From an uncultured Pseudomonadales bacterium (GTDB lineage: Bacteria > Patescibacteriota > Microgenomatia > UBA1400 > PJMF01), in the NCBI GenBank assembly GCA_964393205.1, contig CAYMSV010000001.1:103440-167439 (forward strand): a DNA stretch of 64,000 nucleotides, written 5' to 3'. The translations under genes and the position numbers were made by a program. Of this stretch, positions 19,072-31,138 are shown piece after piece. The notes under the pieces were generated by a model. That model ran no database searches. It saw only the letters and a program-made list of their open reading frames with translations, and had not been told where the DNA came from. The stretch's first letter is position 1. Each line of letters begins with the position of its first letter.

Positions 19072-20439
19072 GTGAAGATTAAAGAATTAATTTTTTTGGG
19101 CCTAATTTTATTGTTTTCCTTAATTTTGCGTCTGTGGCGCTTAGATTTTCCATCAGAAATGTATTTTGATGAAATTTATCATGTGCCAGCAATAAAAATG
19201 TTGGCTCAAGGTGATTTTCAAACTCCTTTTGAGTGGTGGCATCGAGCTGAATGGCCAATTTATTTTGATTGGCTTCATCCTCCTTTGGCAAAATATATTC
19301 AGGCGCTATTTCTACGTTATCTAACTTTTTTGCCAGCAGTGGTAGCATGGCGATTACCATCAGTATTATTCGCTATGGCTAGTTTATTAGTTTTTTATTT
19401 TTTAGCCAAAGAATTGGCTTATATTTTATTGAGTAATAAAAAGATAAAAAGCTCTTTTTTAAAAGGAAAAGATCTTGAAGATTTAAGTATTAATTTTGCC
19501 TTGATTGCTTGTATTTTACTAGCCAGTGACGGTTTGTTTTTAGTGCAAAGTCGCTTGGCTATGAATGATATTTTTTATTTATTTTTTACTCTTTTTGCTA
19601 GCTATTTTTATTTCTTATATCTTCGACAAAAAAATTTAATTTTATTATTTATTAGTGCTTTAATTTTATCTTTAGCTTTGTTGACTAAATGGTCTGCTTT
19701 GTGGCTAATACTTTTCTTTTTTATTTTAGAGTTTGTAAAAATTATTAAAAATAAGAGTTGGCAGAAAATGCCTTTTTTATTATTTTCTTTTGTTTTAACT
19801 CCAATTGTAATTTATTTGGTGGCTTTTGTTCCCTATTTTTTCAGTGGTAAAAGTATTAAGGATTTTATTCAGCTACAGCAGCAAATTGTGAATTTTCAAT
19901 TTAATTGGGCTAGTCCGCACCCTTATCAGTCAAAACCTCTGACTTGGATGTTTAATTGGCGACCAGTTTGGTATTTTGCAGATTTTTCTCAATTAAATTG
20001 GAGAAGAGACATTTATGCCCAGGGCAATCCAATAATTTTTCTATATTTTTTATTTTTACCAGTCTCTTTGTGGATTTACTTAAGAAATTTGAAAAACCGT
20101 CGATTAATGAAAAAGCATCAACAAATGATTTTTCAAGCCCCTTACTATTTGTTGATAGCTATTTTTTGTTTTTCTTTTTTACCTTGGCAGCTGATTAATA
20201 GACCATTATTTTTTTATCATTTTTTGCCAGCCCTACCCTATTTAATTTTGTTGATAACTTGGCCAGTATATTTTTACACATTAAATTTTAAGTCTTTGAA
20301 TAAAAAAAGAGCTTTAATTTTTAACTTTTTATTTTGGCCAATCTTAGTAGCCCTAATCTTTTATCCTCATTGGGTTGCCCTGCCGGTGCCAGAATCAGCT
20401 GCCGCTTCCCTCTACTTTTTCTTACCAAGCTGGCAATAA
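19072..20439 (+). CDS. Protein O-mannosyltransferase-like GT39 (PMT with C-terminal 4TM domain)
   Basis: YFDEIYHV, HPPLAK, QSRLAMND, TKWS, HPYQSKPLTW, GNPII, FFYHFLPALP. Confidence 0.88.
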   Translation: MKIKELIFLGLILLFSLILRLWRLDFPSEMYFDEIYHVPAIKMLAQGDFQTPFEWWHRAEWPIYFDWLHPPLAKYIQALFLRYLTFLPAVVAWRLPSVLFAMASLLVFYFLAKELAYILLSNKKIKSSFLKGKDLEDLSINFALIACILLASDGLFLVQSRLAMNDIFYLFFTLFASYFYFLYLRQKNLILLFISALILSLALLTKWSALWLILFFFILEFVKIIKNKSWQKMPFLLFSFVLTPIVIYLVAFVPYFFSGKSIKDFIQLQQQIVNFQFNWASPHPYQSKPLTWMFNWRPVWYFADFSQLNWRRDIYAQGNPIIFLYFLFLPVSLWIYLRNLKNRRLMKKHQQMIFQAPYYLLIAIFCFSFLPWQLINRPLFFYHFLPALPYLILLITWPVYFYTLNFKSLNKKRALIFNFLFWPILVALIFYPHWVALPVPESAAASLYFFLPSWQ

Positions 20440-20480
20440 TGTATAATTCAAGAAGTTCAATAGAATAGTACTAAACTACT

Positions 20481-21827
20481 GTGAATTTTATGAAAAAAAT
20501 TGCAATTATTGGTGGTGGATTTAGTGCTTTAAATTTAGCTTGGCGGCTAAGTAATTCTTCTATCAATGAAGATTTAGATATAAATATTTTTGAAAAGGAA
20601 AACTATTTAGGTGGAATGGCGGCTGGTTTTAAAAATAAGAATTGGGACTGGACTTTAGAAAAGCACTATCATCACCTTTTTGCCAAAGATAAGGCTTTTA
20701 AGGATTTTTTAAAAAGTCTTGGTTTAGAAAATCAGCTTTTTTACAAAAAAACGATATCTCGTACTCGTTCATCTGGCGTAAATTATCAACTGGATTCAAT
20801 TTTTAGTTTATTAACTTTCAAGCAACTAAGTATTATTGACCGTTTACGCACCGGTTTAGTTCTAGCTTTTTTAAAAGTTTTACCTAACGGACAGTTTTTA
20901 GAAAAATATAAAGCTGGTCAATTTTTAAGAAAAGGCATGGGCAATAAATCTTGGCAGATTATTTGGCAGCCTCTATTTGAATCTAAGTTTGCTGCTTGGA
21001 CCGAAGAGATAAACATGGCATGGTTTTGGGCAAGAATCCAACCTCGAACTCCTAAATTAGGTTATGTTGAGGGAGGATTTCAAGTTTTAATCGATCAAAT
21101 TCAAGCCAAATTATTGGAAAAGGGAGTCAAGATTCACCTCAATCAAGAGATTAAAAAGATCAATATTAATGATAAAAAATCTTCAAATAATTCTCACATA
21201 AGTTTAGATTTTAAATCTTCAGTTAAAGGACAAGGTAAGATCAAAAAAGAAAAATTTGACTTGTTAATTAGCACTTTACCATCTTCTAAATTTAAGCAAA
21301 TTCTTGAATTACCAGAACTTAAATCTAAAAATTTAAAAGGTTTAGCAGCTATGACTTTAGTTCTGTCTCTTAAAGAGAGTTTTTTAAAGGATGGTACTTA
21401 TTGGTTAAATATTAATGAAAAGAATTGGCCTTTTGTAGCTGCAGTTGAACACAATAATTTTATTGATAAAAAACACTATAACAATCAGTCTCTCTTGTAT
21501 TTGGGTAAATATTTGCCAGCTACAGATCATTTTTTCAAATCTACAGCCAAAGAAGTTTTAGAATTTTATTTGCCATTTTTGCGGCAAATAAATCCAGAAA
21601 TTGATCAATCAATTATTGATTATCGTCTGAGTAAAGATGCCTTTGCTCAGCCACTGGTGCCTATTAATCACAGTGAACATTTACCTAGTATGCGCACTAG
21701 CCACTCTAGTATCTATTGGGTGTCAATGCAACACATTTATCCTTATGATCGAGGCATTAATCAAGCAGTTCATAGCAGTAATCAATTGTTTGAAATAATC
21801 AAAGAAGATTTGGCTAAGCTTAGTTAA
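20481..21827 (+). CDS. FAD-dependent oxidoreductase (amine oxidase/HemY-like)
   Basis: IAIIGGGFSAL Rossmann motif; FEKENYLGGMA; EKHYHHLF; YPYDRG. Confidence 0.85.
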   Translation: MNFMKKIAIIGGGFSALNLAWRLSNSSINEDLDINIFEKENYLGGMAAGFKNKNWDWTLEKHYHHLFAKDKAFKDFLKSLGLENQLFYKKTISRTRSSGVNYQLDSIFSLLTFKQLSIIDRLRTGLVLAFLKVLPNGQFLEKYKAGQFLRKGMGNKSWQIIWQPLFESKFAAWTEEINMAWFWARIQPRTPKLGYVEGGFQVLIDQIQAKLLEKGVKIHLNQEIKKININDKKSSNNSHISLDFKSSVKGQGKIKKEKFDLLISTLPSSKFKQILELPELKSKNLKGLAAMTLVLSLKESFLKDGTYWLNINEKNWPFVAAVEHNNFIDKKHYNNQSLLYLGKYLPATDHFFKSTAKEVLEFYLPFLRQINPEIDQSIIDYRLSKDAFAQPLVPINHSEHLPSMRTSHSSIYWVSMQHIYPYDRGINQAVHSSNQLFEIIKEDLAKLS

Positions 21828-21846
21828 TTTTGCTATAGTGTTAGAG

Positions 21847-24033
21847 ATGATTTTTAGAGCTTATTTATCGTTACTTTTTTTACAATTATTAGCCTTGCCT
21901 GTATTTGCGTGGCTTAGTAAACGTTTTCCACAAATTAAGGATGGTTTGTGGGCCTTTGGACGCTTTTTTACTTGGTTGTTTTTAAGTTTAGTTGTCTTTT
22001 TTATGGCTAGCTTTAAATTGCCAGTTAATAATTTATGGGGAGTTTATTTTTTCTTGTTTATTTTTCTTTTAGCAGACATCTATTTGTTATTTTTCTGTAA
22101 AAAAACAGTTCATTGGCTTCGACTGCTTAGAAATTATTGGCGCTTGTTTCGTCGACAAATTGTTATTGAGGAGTTATTATTCCTGTTCTTTTTTATTTTT
22201 CTATTAGTGGTGCGCAGTTTTCAACCAGAGATTTTGGGTTTGGAAAAATTCATGGATGCAGGCTTTATTCAGGCTTATCTAAAATCTCCTACTTTACCGG
22301 TTCAAGATATTTGGTTAGCTGGAGAGACTGTTAACTATTATAGTTTTGGTCACTTCATGGGTGCTATTTTAGTGCAAGTTTGGATGATTGATTTAGCTTG
22401 GGCTTACAATTTACTTTTGGCTAGCATTATGGCGTTACTTGGTTCTGGAGTTTTTTCTTTAGCTTTCAACATCAGGGCGAATTTTAATTGGGGTGAAGTT
22501 CCTGGAAAAGATTTTAAAGCTAAGGAAAAATACAATTTTAGAGCAAGCGTGTGGACAGCTATTTTAGCTAGTTTTTTGCTAACTTTGTTTGGTAACGGTC
22601 ACAGTTTATGGTATTTACTAAGCAACGCAAGCTTTGATGCTTATTGGTATCCAGAAGCAACTCGTTTTATAGAAAGAACCATTCATGAATTTCCAGTTTA
22701 TAGTTTTGTGGTAAGTGATCTACATGCTCATGTTTTTTCGATGCCAATAGTAATTGCTTTGTTGATGATTATTTTTTTGTGGCTCAGCCAATTAATTGAA
22801 GAGGTAAAGAGACAGAAAATTTTACGGCTTTTTGGAGAGCGTTTTTTTGCTTTAAGTTTAGCAATGGGGGTTTTGTTTGGAGTATTGGTCATGACCAATA
22901 CTTGGGATGTTTTAATTTATGGTTTACTACTGTTAGTTTTGGGAATCTTATTGCTAATTTGGCAAACTAACTTTTTTTGGCCACTAGTGAGTTCAGCATT
23001 AGGTTTGGGTTTAACAGCTGGTTTAATTAGTGCTCCTTGGTTTTTAACTTTTGAATCAATTTCAGATGGTATACGTTTAGCTACCGAGCACTCACCACTA
23101 TGGCAGCTACTGGCACTATGGGGAGCACATTTATTGCCGACACTAATTTTTATTATCTTTTTATTAATTGATCGACGTCAATTAAAAAAGAAAGAAGAAA
23201 CATCTTGGTTTTTTGTGATGGCTCTTTTTTTTGCTTTTCTAATTTTGTTAATTTTTACTGAAACTTTCTATTTTCAAGATATTTATACTGGTCATCCTAG
23301 AGCTAATACGATGTTTAAATTAATGTTTCAGGGTTTTATGTGGATTGCTCTTTTAATGGCAATGGCAATTAGTTTTTTTATAAGTCAGGTTAGGCGTAAA
23401 AAATGGTTTAATTGGCGATTGATTGATTTGCGTGAAGTTTTGCTTTGGAATAAATCAAAATTATTTATTATTAAAGTTTTTGTTCGTACTTGTTTTTTTG
23501 TATATTTACCCATTATTTTTTTACTTGTTGCTTTAGGAGCTTATCCCTATCTAGCTTTTAGTACCTATTATGGTGAATTTAGAAATTATCAGGGTTTAGA
23601 TGGTTTGCAGTGGATGGCCAGAAAATATTCTAGCTCTTATGCTGTTATTAATTATCTTAAAGCTGAAGAACCAAGACAGATTAATATTTTGGAGGCCAGT
23701 GGAGAAAGTTTTACAGAATATTCTTTAGTGTCTGCCTTTTCAGGAATGCCAACAATTTTGGGTTGGCAGGCGCATGAATGGTTGTGGCGCGGCTCTTGGG
23801 ATATTCCCGCTCAACGCTTAAAAGAAATTGAAAGTATTTATCTTGATCCGACAAGCAAGCAGAGCCGCGCCCTACTTGAAGAATATCAAATTAAATATTT
23901 ACTGATTACTAATCGGGAGCGAGAAAAATATCCGCAACTAAATGAAATTGAGTTATTAAAACTAGGTCAGGTCGTTTGGACCGGTAGCGAAGACAACATC
24001 AATCAAGATTATCTTATCTTAATTGAAAAGTAA
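21847..24033 (+). CDS. DUF2298 (YYY-type) polytopic membrane protein, GT-C-like
   Basis: EKFMDAGF, DIWLAGETVNYYSFGH, TIHEFPVYSFVVSDLHAH, TNTWD, RANTMFK, GWQAHEWLWRG; ATG 7 nt after TGCTATAGT. Confidence 0.88.
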   Translation: MIFRAYLSLLFLQLLALPVFAWLSKRFPQIKDGLWAFGRFFTWLFLSLVVFFMASFKLPVNNLWGVYFFLFIFLLADIYLLFFCKKTVHWLRLLRNYWRLFRRQIVIEELLFLFFFIFLLVVRSFQPEILGLEKFMDAGFIQAYLKSPTLPVQDIWLAGETVNYYSFGHFMGAILVQVWMIDLAWAYNLLLASIMALLGSGVFSLAFNIRANFNWGEVPGKDFKAKEKYNFRASVWTAILASFLLTLFGNGHSLWYLLSNASFDAYWYPEATRFIERTIHEFPVYSFVVSDLHAHVFSMPIVIALLMIIFLWLSQLIEEVKRQKILRLFGERFFALSLAMGVLFGVLVMTNTWDVLIYGLLLLVLGILLLIWQTNFFWPLVSSALGLGLTAGLISAPWFLTFESISDGIRLATEHSPLWQLLALWGAHLLPTLIFIIFLLIDRRQLKKKEETSWFFVMALFFAFLILLIFTETFYFQDIYTGHPRANTMFKLMFQGFMWIALLMAMAISFFISQVRRKKWFNWRLIDLREVLLWNKSKLFIIKVFVRTCFFVYLPIIFLLVALGAYPYLAFSTYYGEFRNYQGLDGLQWMARKYSSSYAVINYLKAEEPRQINILEASGESFTEYSLVSAFSGMPTILGWQAHEWLWRGSWDIPAQRLKEIESIYLDPTSKQSRALLEEYQIKYLLITNREREKYPQLNEIELLKLGQVVWTGSEDNINQDYLILIEK

Positions 24034-24820
24034 CAGTGACTGTTTTAGAAAGCATGCTGCTGCCTGGTTCTAAAGAAGTACTGGTCCAGTCATCCCCTGC
24101 GCTGGTGACTGCGAATTGATCTCTATAAAAAGGTTGTGGTCCAACTTGATCTTCAACTACTTCTAAAACTTTTCTTACCCTTTGTTTGTTACTCGAGGCA
24201 ATAGCCTCCGCTTTCTTGCGGGCATCGCTGACTGCTTCATTGATTAATTCAGCTTCATCAATGGATTGATTATCAAGGCGAAAACTAGGGCCATAGATGT
24301 AGTTGGCTCCACTCTCGTTGAGAATTGCCAATAGCGATTCACTCTTATTTTTTAACTCTTCTGCGTCTTCAGAACGTAAAGTAATAATAGTGTTAATATC
24401 AGCTCGCCAATTACCCTTTTGAGTGGGTCTCGGAGGATAAATCATCATTAACTCTGTTTCCATTAGGGGTTGATCAATAAATTCATCTTCTTGATAAACG
24501 CTTACTTGAGAAGTTTGTATATCTTGAGGATCAATACCAAGGCTATTAATTCTTGTTAATAGTTGATTCATAGTCTCTGCGGCTTGATCGGTAGCTTCAG
24601 TTTTTTCTTCAGCAATTACTTCAATGCCAGCAGTGAATTCGGCGACTTGATTAGTAATGGTTTTTTGTGCTGAGCCAACGACGGTAACAGTGGCTGTTTG
24701 TCCAGCGAGAAATCCTAGTTTTCCAGAATTAACTAAATTCTGCAATAAATAAAATAAAGCGGAGCCAATTAACATGGCAAACAAGAAGATAATGGTTCGG
24801 TAAGTGGATGTTTTATTCAT
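24014..24820 (-). CDS. SIMPL (DUF541) domain protein
   Basis: N-terminal TM; TVTVVGSA; DIQTSQVSV; EAVSDARKKAEAIA; TVTVTFQL. Confidence 0.9.
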   Translation of the reverse strand: MNKTSTYRTIIFLFAMLIGSALFYLLQNLVNSGKLGFLAGQTATVTVVGSAQKTITNQVAEFTAGIEVIAEEKTEATDQAAETMNQLLTRINSLGIDPQDIQTSQVSVYQEDEFIDQPLMETELMMIYPPRPTQKGNWRADINTIITLRSEDAEELKNKSESLLAILNESGANYIYGPSFRLDNQSIDEAELINEAVSDARKKAEAIASSNKQRVRKVLEVVEDQVGPQPFYRDQFAVTSAGDDWTSTSLEPGSSMLSKTVTVTFQLR

Positions 24821-24896
24821 ATTTTTAATTATTCCATAAGTTTTATATTTTTTATATAAGGATTTAATTTTTTATAAGACAGCTTTCAACGTGTAT

Positions 24897-25892
24897 TTAA
24901 TTAGCAATTAATTCGGCAAAATTAACATTTATCCATCCTTCTTGATTTTCGAATCTAATTTTTAACCAATTTCCAGATTCATCAATCTCAGAGTCCTCAC
25001 CAAGATTTTCAATATAAGGATAATAATAATCACTTTTTGCAAAACCCAATTCTCTTGCACTTAAACTGGGTTTTTCTCTAACTCGTAAAACCTCTTGATT
25101 GTCAATGAAAAAATTAGTCTTTTTAATTAGCACTTTTTTGCCATCTATTTGATCGATCTCCTCTACTCCCCAGCTATCATTTTCTAATTCTGAATCCCCC
25201 AGATTTTCTGCCAGCTCTGTACTGGCAGTTGCTTGATTAGTATTATTTTCTGTATTTACATTAGAATCAGCTTGAATACTTAATTGTTCATCTGTTAAGA
25301 GTTTTGCTAATTTAATGGTAACTTTAATCTGGTGGCCTGCTAGTACTTGTATTTTATGCTCCTGTATTTCATAGGAAGGTAAACTCACTGAATAACTATA
25401 TTCTTGAGGCAATAACGCCTCAATCGTAATGGGAGTATATTGGGTGGGAGCTTGATCAAAACTCAAAAGAGCGTTTTCTGGATAGGTCTCAAAACTAATT
25501 GTACCTAGTTCCTTCAAATCATTTTGAGCCTCTACTTCATAAATGGTGGCGGAACTTTGTTTGGTATCTGGCCCAGGATTGTAGGTAACAACGGTTAACG
25601 CTCCTTCGGTTAGGGTGATAGGAATGCTGAATTCAGCTAAATCTTGATCGTCTGGCACAATTTTTAAAATATAGTCGCCACTTTGAATGTTTTTTTCGGA
25701 TAAGGGTGCCTTTTCCAAATATTGATTATTAAGGAAAACACTAGCGTATTGATCGGAACCATTATATTCAACTTGTAGACCTGCTGATTTAAGCTTTATC
25801 AGTGGATTAAAATAAAGAAAAACTCCAGTGCTTAAAATAATTATCGAGAGAAAAAGTGGCCAAAAACGCTTAATTATTGCTTTACTTGTCAT
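24897..25892 (-). CDS. Membrane-anchored PEGA-domain protein with C-terminal SH3-like domain
   Basis: N-terminal TM; two PEGA-like repeats (ASVFLN..YL.KAP; ETYPENA.L.FD......TP); LRVREKPS...WLKIRF...EGWIN. Confidence 0.8.
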   Translation of the reverse strand: MTSKAIIKRFWPLFLSIIILSTGVFLYFNPLIKLKSAGLQVEYNGSDQYASVFLNNQYLEKAPLSEKNIQSGDYILKIVPDDQDLAEFSIPITLTEGALTVVTYNPGPDTKQSSATIYEVEAQNDLKELGTISFETYPENALLSFDQAPTQYTPITIEALLPQEYSYSVSLPSYEIQEHKIQVLAGHQIKVTIKLAKLLTDEQLSIQADSNVNTENNTNQATASTELAENLGDSELENDSWGVEEIDQIDGKKVLIKKTNFFIDNQEVLRVREKPSLSARELGFAKSDYYYPYIENLGEDSEIDESGNWLKIRFENQEGWINVNFAELIAN

Positions 25893-25929
25893 TATTGATT
25901 ATTGCTAGTATAGCAAATTTGCTCAAAAT

Positions 25930-28275
25930 TTAGCTGAGAGCGATTTTTAAAACTTCTTTTACATCTTTAACTGTTTGAAAATCCAAGTCTTTTTTAATTT
26001 CTTTGGGTATTTTTACTAAATCACGTTTATTATCCTGGGGAATAATTACTATTTTACTTCCAGCTCGGTGAGCAGCAATGGCTTTTTCTTTTAAACCACC
26101 TATGCGCAACACTCGACCTCGCAAGGTTACTTCGCCAGTCATAGCAACATCTCGACGGACAGCTCTCTTTTTAAAGGCAGAAACAATGGCGGTGGTAATG
26201 GTTACTCCCGCTGATGGTCCATCTTTAGGAACGGCTCCTTCTGGCACGTGAATGTGAACATCAGTTTGGTTAATTTTTTCAATATCAATTTTTAATTCTT
26301 TATGATGAGAACGAACATAAGTTAAAGCTGCTTGCGCTGATTCTTTCATGACGTCACCCAATTTACCAGTTAATTTAATTTTTCCTTTTCCTGGTGAAAG
26401 AGCGACTTCGACAAATAATATATCGCCACCGACACTGGTCCAAGCCAAACCTGCGGCCAATCCAACCTGATCGTTCTTTTCAGTAATAGTTTCATCGTAT
26501 ATTGGAGGACCAAGGAATTCTGATAGTCTTTTGTTAGTAACAGTAATGGTTTTTCTATTTTTTTCTAAAATTTCTCTCGCAGTTTTGCGCATTATTTTAT
26601 TAAGTTGTCTTTCTAAATTGCGCACTCCAGCTTCACGAGTATAGCGACTGATGATTTTTTTCAAAATCGTGTCGCTTAATTTGCTTTGAGTTTTTTTGAG
26701 GGCATTTTTTTTGACAGCTTTGGGAAGTAGGTAGCGCTTGGCAATTTCAAATTTTTCGTTAAGAGTGTAGCCAGAATATTGAATGACTTCTAAACGATCT
26801 AATAGTGCTGGTGGTACGCTGTCCAAAGTGTTGGCTGTAGCAATAAAGAGAACATTAGATAAATCATAAGGTACATCTAAGTAATGATCCTCAAAACTAA
26901 AGTTTTGCTCAGGGTCTAAAACTTCAAGCAAGGCACTACTGGGATCACCATGAAAATCGCGACCTAGTTTATCAATTTCATCTAGCATGAAAACTGGATT
27001 ATTGCTTCGAGCATTTTGTAAACCCTTGATAATACGACCAGGCATAGCGCCTACATAAGTGCGTCTATGTCCACGAATTTCTGATTCATCTCTGACTCCA
27101 CCTAGAGAAATTTTAATAAAGTGACGATTTAGACTTTTGGCAATACTTTGACCAATACTGGTTTTACCAACACCTGGTGGTCCAACAAAACATAAGATAG
27201 TAGGCAAGTTTTTTTCTTGATTATCATTTTTATTTTTTAACTGCATAACGGCCATGTGTTCCAGGACTCGATCTTTGACTTCTTTTAGTCCGTAATGATC
27301 TTGGTCCAAAGTTTTGGCGGCTCGTTTAATGTTGATATTAGTTTTTTTGTTTTTTTGCCAAGGTAAGTCAAAAACTAAATCCAACCAACTTCTTAAGTAG
27401 GAAGTTTCTGGATTATTTGGAGACATTTGTTCAAGTCGAGCAATTTCCTTCTCAACTTTTTCTTTTACCTCTTTTGGTAATTTTTTCTTTTTCAAAAGAT
27501 CACGATAGTCGTTGATACCTTCTTGCCCATCACTTAACTCTCCTAGTTCTTTTTGAATAGTGCGTAGTCGTTCTCTCAGCACACTTTCTCGCATGTGCTC
27601 ATCAAATTTTTCTTGAGTTTTAGTATTAACATCTTGTTCAATTTCTAGGATTTTGACTTCTTTAGATAAGTGTTCAATGACTAAACGAATTCTTTGTTTA
27701 ACATTGGTGGTTTCTAAAATCAATTGTTTTTTATTACTGGGAATTTTCAAAGTGCTGGCAATTTGGTCAGCCATTTCTCCCTCATTAACACCGCTTAATA
27801 ATTTAATAAAATTAAGGAATTCAATTTGTTTGCCCATTTGGACAGTTTGGCGAAACAGTTTTTGCAACTGGTTGCTCAAAGCAATTAATTCATCGTCACG
27901 CTCAATAAAGCTGGGTACTTTTTCAGCCACAGCTTGTAGAAAAGGCTGCTCTTGGACAAATTTTTGAATTTTAATACGGCTCACTCCCCTAACTAGTGCA
28001 CTAATATTGGCAGAATTTTTTAAAGTTTTTTCGATTGCTGCCAAGGTGCCAATTTGATAGAGGTCTTTAGATTGAGGTTGTTCAATTCGGGGATTCTTTT
28101 GGGTTAGTAAAATAATATGATTGCCTTGTTTTTGAGAATGACGAATAGCGTTAACCGACAACTCACGGCCAAAACCAAGCACTGATTCTGTTTGAGGAAA
28201 TAATACTCCTTCGCGGATTGGTACCACTGGTAAATTTAACAAGTTGCTAGGCAGTTGAATAATTTTACTGTTCAT
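25930..28275 (-). CDS. lon: Lon protease
   Basis: [40 protein letters not shown]. Confidence 0.99.
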   Translation of the reverse strand: MNSKIIQLPSNLLNLPVVPIREGVLFPQTESVLGFGRELSVNAIRHSQKQGNHIILLTQKNPRIEQPQSKDLYQIGTLAAIEKTLKNSANISALVRGVSRIKIQKFVQEQPFLQAVAEKVPSFIERDDELIALSNQLQKLFRQTVQMGKQIEFLNFIKLLSGVNEGEMADQIASTLKIPSNKKQLILETTNVKQRIRLVIEHLSKEVKILEIEQDVNTKTQEKFDEHMRESVLRERLRTIQKELGELSDGQEGINDYRDLLKKKKLPKEVKEKVEKEIARLEQMSPNNPETSYLRSWLDLVFDLPWQKNKKTNINIKRAAKTLDQDHYGLKEVKDRVLEHMAVMQLKNKNDNQEKNLPTILCFVGPPGVGKTSIGQSIAKSLNRHFIKISLGGVRDESEIRGHRRTYVGAMPGRIIKGLQNARSNNPVFMLDEIDKLGRDFHGDPSSALLEVLDPEQNFSFEDHYLDVPYDLSNVLFIATANTLDSVPPALLDRLEVIQYSGYTLNEKFEIAKRYLLPKAVKKNALKKTQSKLSDTILKKIISRYTREAGVRNLERQLNKIMRKTAREILEKNRKTITVTNKRLSEFLGPPIYDETITEKNDQVGLAAGLAWTSVGGDILFVEVALSPGKGKIKLTGKLGDVMKESAQAALTYVRSHHKELKIDIEKINQTDVHIHVPEGAVPKDGPSAGVTITTAIVSAFKKRAVRRDVAMTGEVTLRGRVLRIGGLKEKAIAAHRAGSKIVIIPQDNKRDLVKIPKEIKKDLDFQTVKDVKEVLKIALS

Positions 28276-28323
28276 ATTTGATAAAGTAATTATACCCTAA
28301 TTTTAGGCAAAAATGGTGAGCAA

Positions 28324-28350
28324 TTGGCAGTCCAAAACTTTGACTGCTAA
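28324..28350. promoter_or_regulatory. CIRCE-like (HrcA) operator upstream of lon
   Basis: TTGGCAGTC-N9-GACTGCTAA versus consensus TTAGCACTC-N9-GAGTGCTAA. Confidence 0.75.
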
Positions 28351-28368
28351 ATAGGAGTTTTTAAAAAG

Positions 28369-28442
28369 TGGGTATGCTTGGAATCGAACCAAGGACCTCA
28401 GTCTTATCAGGACTGCGCTCTAACCAACTGAGCTACACACCC
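28369..28442 (-). tRNA. tRNA-Ile(GAT)
   Basis: Minus strand GGGTGTGTAGCTCAGTTGGTTAGAGCG-CAGTC-CTGATAA-GACTG...GGTTCGATTCC...CATACCCA. Confidence 0.97.
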
Positions 28443-28488
28443 ATTTATTTATTAAATTTACTTTAACAAAGCCATATTTTAGCACAAA

Positions 28489-31053
28489 TCAAGCTTTTAC
28501 CAAATCAAGCTTTTTCTTCGTCCAATCTAATTTAATTTTGTCACCAGCCTGAATTTTGTTTTTAATCATTTGGCTAGCTAGCTCATCTAAGATCTCTTTT
28601 TGAATGAGGCGCTTTAGTGGTCTGGCTCCAAAAACGTGATCATAGCCAGTTTCAGCTAAATGTTCGATTAATTGTTCACTAAATTCTAATTTGATTTCTT
28701 GTTCAGCTAGGCGGTTAGCAACTAGATCAAGTTGCAGTTGTACAATCTCTTTAATTTCTTTTTTATCTAGACTTTGGAATATAATAATATCATCTAATCT
28801 ATTCAAAAACTCTGGGCGAAAATGCACCTTTAGCAAACCATCTAAAGCCTTCTTTTGTTCAACTGGATCACTACTGGTTTCGCTAATAATTTGACTACCC
28901 AAATTGGAAGTCATAATGATAATACTGTTTTTAAAATTGACAGTACGACCTTTGCTATCAGTCAAATGACCTTCATCCAAAACCTGTAGAAGAATATTAA
29001 ATACTTCGCTATGAGCTTTTTCAATTTCATCTAGTAAAACTATAGTATAGGGATGGCGACGAATAGCTTCTGTTAATTGACCACCTTCTTCATAGCCAAC
29101 ATAACCTGGTGGCGAGCCGATGAGGCGAGCCACGCTATGTTTTTCCATATATTCACTCATATCGATGCGGGTAATCAGACGCTCATCATTAAAAAGTTGT
29201 TCGGCAAGAGCCTTGGCTAATTCTGTTTTACCCACACCAGTGGGTCCAAGGAACAAGAAGCTACCAATAGGTCTGCCCTCTTCGCTAATGCCAGCACGAT
29301 TACGACGAATAGCGCCAGCCACTGCTTCAATAGCTTGATTTTGCCCAACAACTCTTTGACCAAGTTCTTTCTCCAAATTTATGAGTTTTTCGGTTTCTTC
29401 AGTAAGCATGCGACTAACCGGAATGCCCGTCCATTTAGAAACTATAGTGGCAATATCGCTTTCATCAATTTCTTCTTTGAGCAATCTTTGTGTTGGGTCA
29501 ATATCAGCCATTTTCGCTTGAGCTTCTTTTACTTTTTTCTCCAACTGAGGAATTTCTCCATAATTAATGGCGGCGGCTCGTTCTAGATCATAATTTCGTT
29601 CAGCTTTTTTTGCTTCTTCGCGAAGTTCATCTAATTTTCGACTGTATTTTTTAATTGAATCTAAAATTTCTTTTTCTTTGCGCCAGCGCAGCTCCAAGCT
29701 TTTGTATTCTTCTTTTAGTTCTCCAATTTGTTTTTCAATGTTTTTTAAGCGATCCTCACTTTTTTGACCTCTTTCTTTTTTAAGTGATTCTTTTTCAATT
29801 TCTAATTGGCGAATTTCTCGCTCCAATTGATCAATACTGTTGGGTTTACTATCAATTTCGATGCGTAGTGCTGAGGCAGCTTCATCCATTAAATCGATAG
29901 CTTTATCTGGCAAGAAACGATCACTAATATATCGATGAGAAAGTTTAACTGCAGCAATAATAGCGCCATCTAAAATGCGCACTCCGTGATGTGCTTCATA
30001 TTTACTTTTAATACCTCGTAGAATAGAAATAGCATCATCTACTGAAGGTTCTTCAACCATTACTGGTTGAAAGCGTCTTTCTAGCGCACTGTCTTTTTCA
30101 ACATATTGGCGATACTCTTTTAGAGTGGTTGCACCAATGGTGCGCAAGGTACCACGAGCTAGCGCTGGTTTAAGTAAGTTGCCAGCATCAGTTGATCCTT
30201 CACTGGCTCCGGCGCCAACAATACTGTGTAATTCATCGATAAAGAGTATGATCTGTCCTTCACTCTTTTCAATTTCTTTGATTACGGCTTTTAATCGATC
30301 TTCAAACTCTCCACGATATTTAGCTCCGGCTATCAGAGAACCCATATCTAAAGCTAAGATTCTTTTATTTTTTAGTGCTTCTGGGACATCATCATCAATA
30401 ATTTTTTTGGCCAAACCTTCGACAATGGCAGTTTTACCAGTGCCTGGTTCGCCAACCAAAACCGGATTGTTTTTGGTGCGACGCGACAAAATTTGAGTAA
30501 TACGACGAATTTCTTCATTGCGACCAATGACAGGATCAATTTTTCCTGAACGAGCTAGACTGGTAAAATCTAAGCAATATTTTTCTAGAGCCTGATATTT
30601 GCCCTCGGGTTCTGGATCAGTAACTCGTTGTTGACCACGTACTGTTTTTAAAGTTTGCACGACTTGTTTGGGATCAAGTTCGGTAAGTTGGACAACTTTT
30701 TTTTGGTTTAATAGTGCCAAAAACAAATGCTCAGTACTAATGTATTCGTCTTTAAGTTTTACTGCTTCTGTTTCTGCTTGACTTAAAACCTTACTTAGTT
30801 CTGGGGAAGCGTAAGCTTGAGTGGGCGCATCTGTGCTAGGTAATTGTTTAAGTTCTTTTCTAATTAAAGAAGCAATTGTTTCTGGATTTTTATCTAATTG
30901 TTCAAGCAAATTAGGAATGATGCCTCCTACTTGTTCAACTAGGGCTAATAATAGGTGCCAAATTTCGATTTGACTATGTTTGAGTTTGCCAGCCAGCTGC
31001 ATAGCGTCTTGTACAGCTTCACTGGCTTTGGTGGTATAGCGATCAAAGTTCAT
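28489..31053 (-). CDS. clpB: Chaperone ClpB
   Basis: Two AAA+ modules ([16 protein letters not shown]), middle coiled coil, [13 protein letters not shown]; ATG at 31053 (MNFDRYT) preferred. Confidence 0.98.
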   Translation of the reverse strand: MNFDRYTTKASEAVQDAMQLAGKLKHSQIEIWHLLLALVEQVGGIIPNLLEQLDKNPETIASLIRKELKQLPSTDAPTQAYASPELSKVLSQAETEAVKLKDEYISTEHLFLALLNQKKVVQLTELDPKQVVQTLKTVRGQQRVTDPEPEGKYQALEKYCLDFTSLARSGKIDPVIGRNEEIRRITQILSRRTKNNPVLVGEPGTGKTAIVEGLAKKIIDDDVPEALKNKRILALDMGSLIAGAKYRGEFEDRLKAVIKEIEKSEGQIILFIDELHSIVGAGASEGSTDAGNLLKPALARGTLRTIGATTLKEYRQYVEKDSALERRFQPVMVEEPSVDDAISILRGIKSKYEAHHGVRILDGAIIAAVKLSHRYISDRFLPDKAIDLMDEAASALRIEIDSKPNSIDQLEREIRQLEIEKESLKKERGQKSEDRLKNIEKQIGELKEEYKSLELRWRKEKEILDSIKKYSRKLDELREEAKKAERNYDLERAAAINYGEIPQLEKKVKEAQAKMADIDPTQRLLKEEIDESDIATIVSKWTGIPVSRMLTEETEKLINLEKELGQRVVGQNQAIEAVAGAIRRNRAGISEEGRPIGSFLFLGPTGVGKTELAKALAEQLFNDERLITRIDMSEYMEKHSVARLIGSPPGYVGYEEGGQLTEAIRRHPYTIVLLDEIEKAHSEVFNILLQVLDEGHLTDSKGRTVNFKNSIIIMTSNLGSQIISETSSDPVEQKKALDGLLKVHFRPEFLNRLDDIIIFQSLDKKEIKEIVQLQLDLVANRLAEQEIKLEFSEQLIEHLAETGYDHVFGARPLKRLIQKEILDELASQMIKNKIQAGDKIKLDWTKKKLDLVKA

Positions 31054-31138
31054 AAGTATTCTTTCAAGTTTATTAAAGGCTTTAGTGTTTATAAGCAATA
31101 TTATTTTAGCGCGCTTGAAATATTTTGCATAGAGTCAA

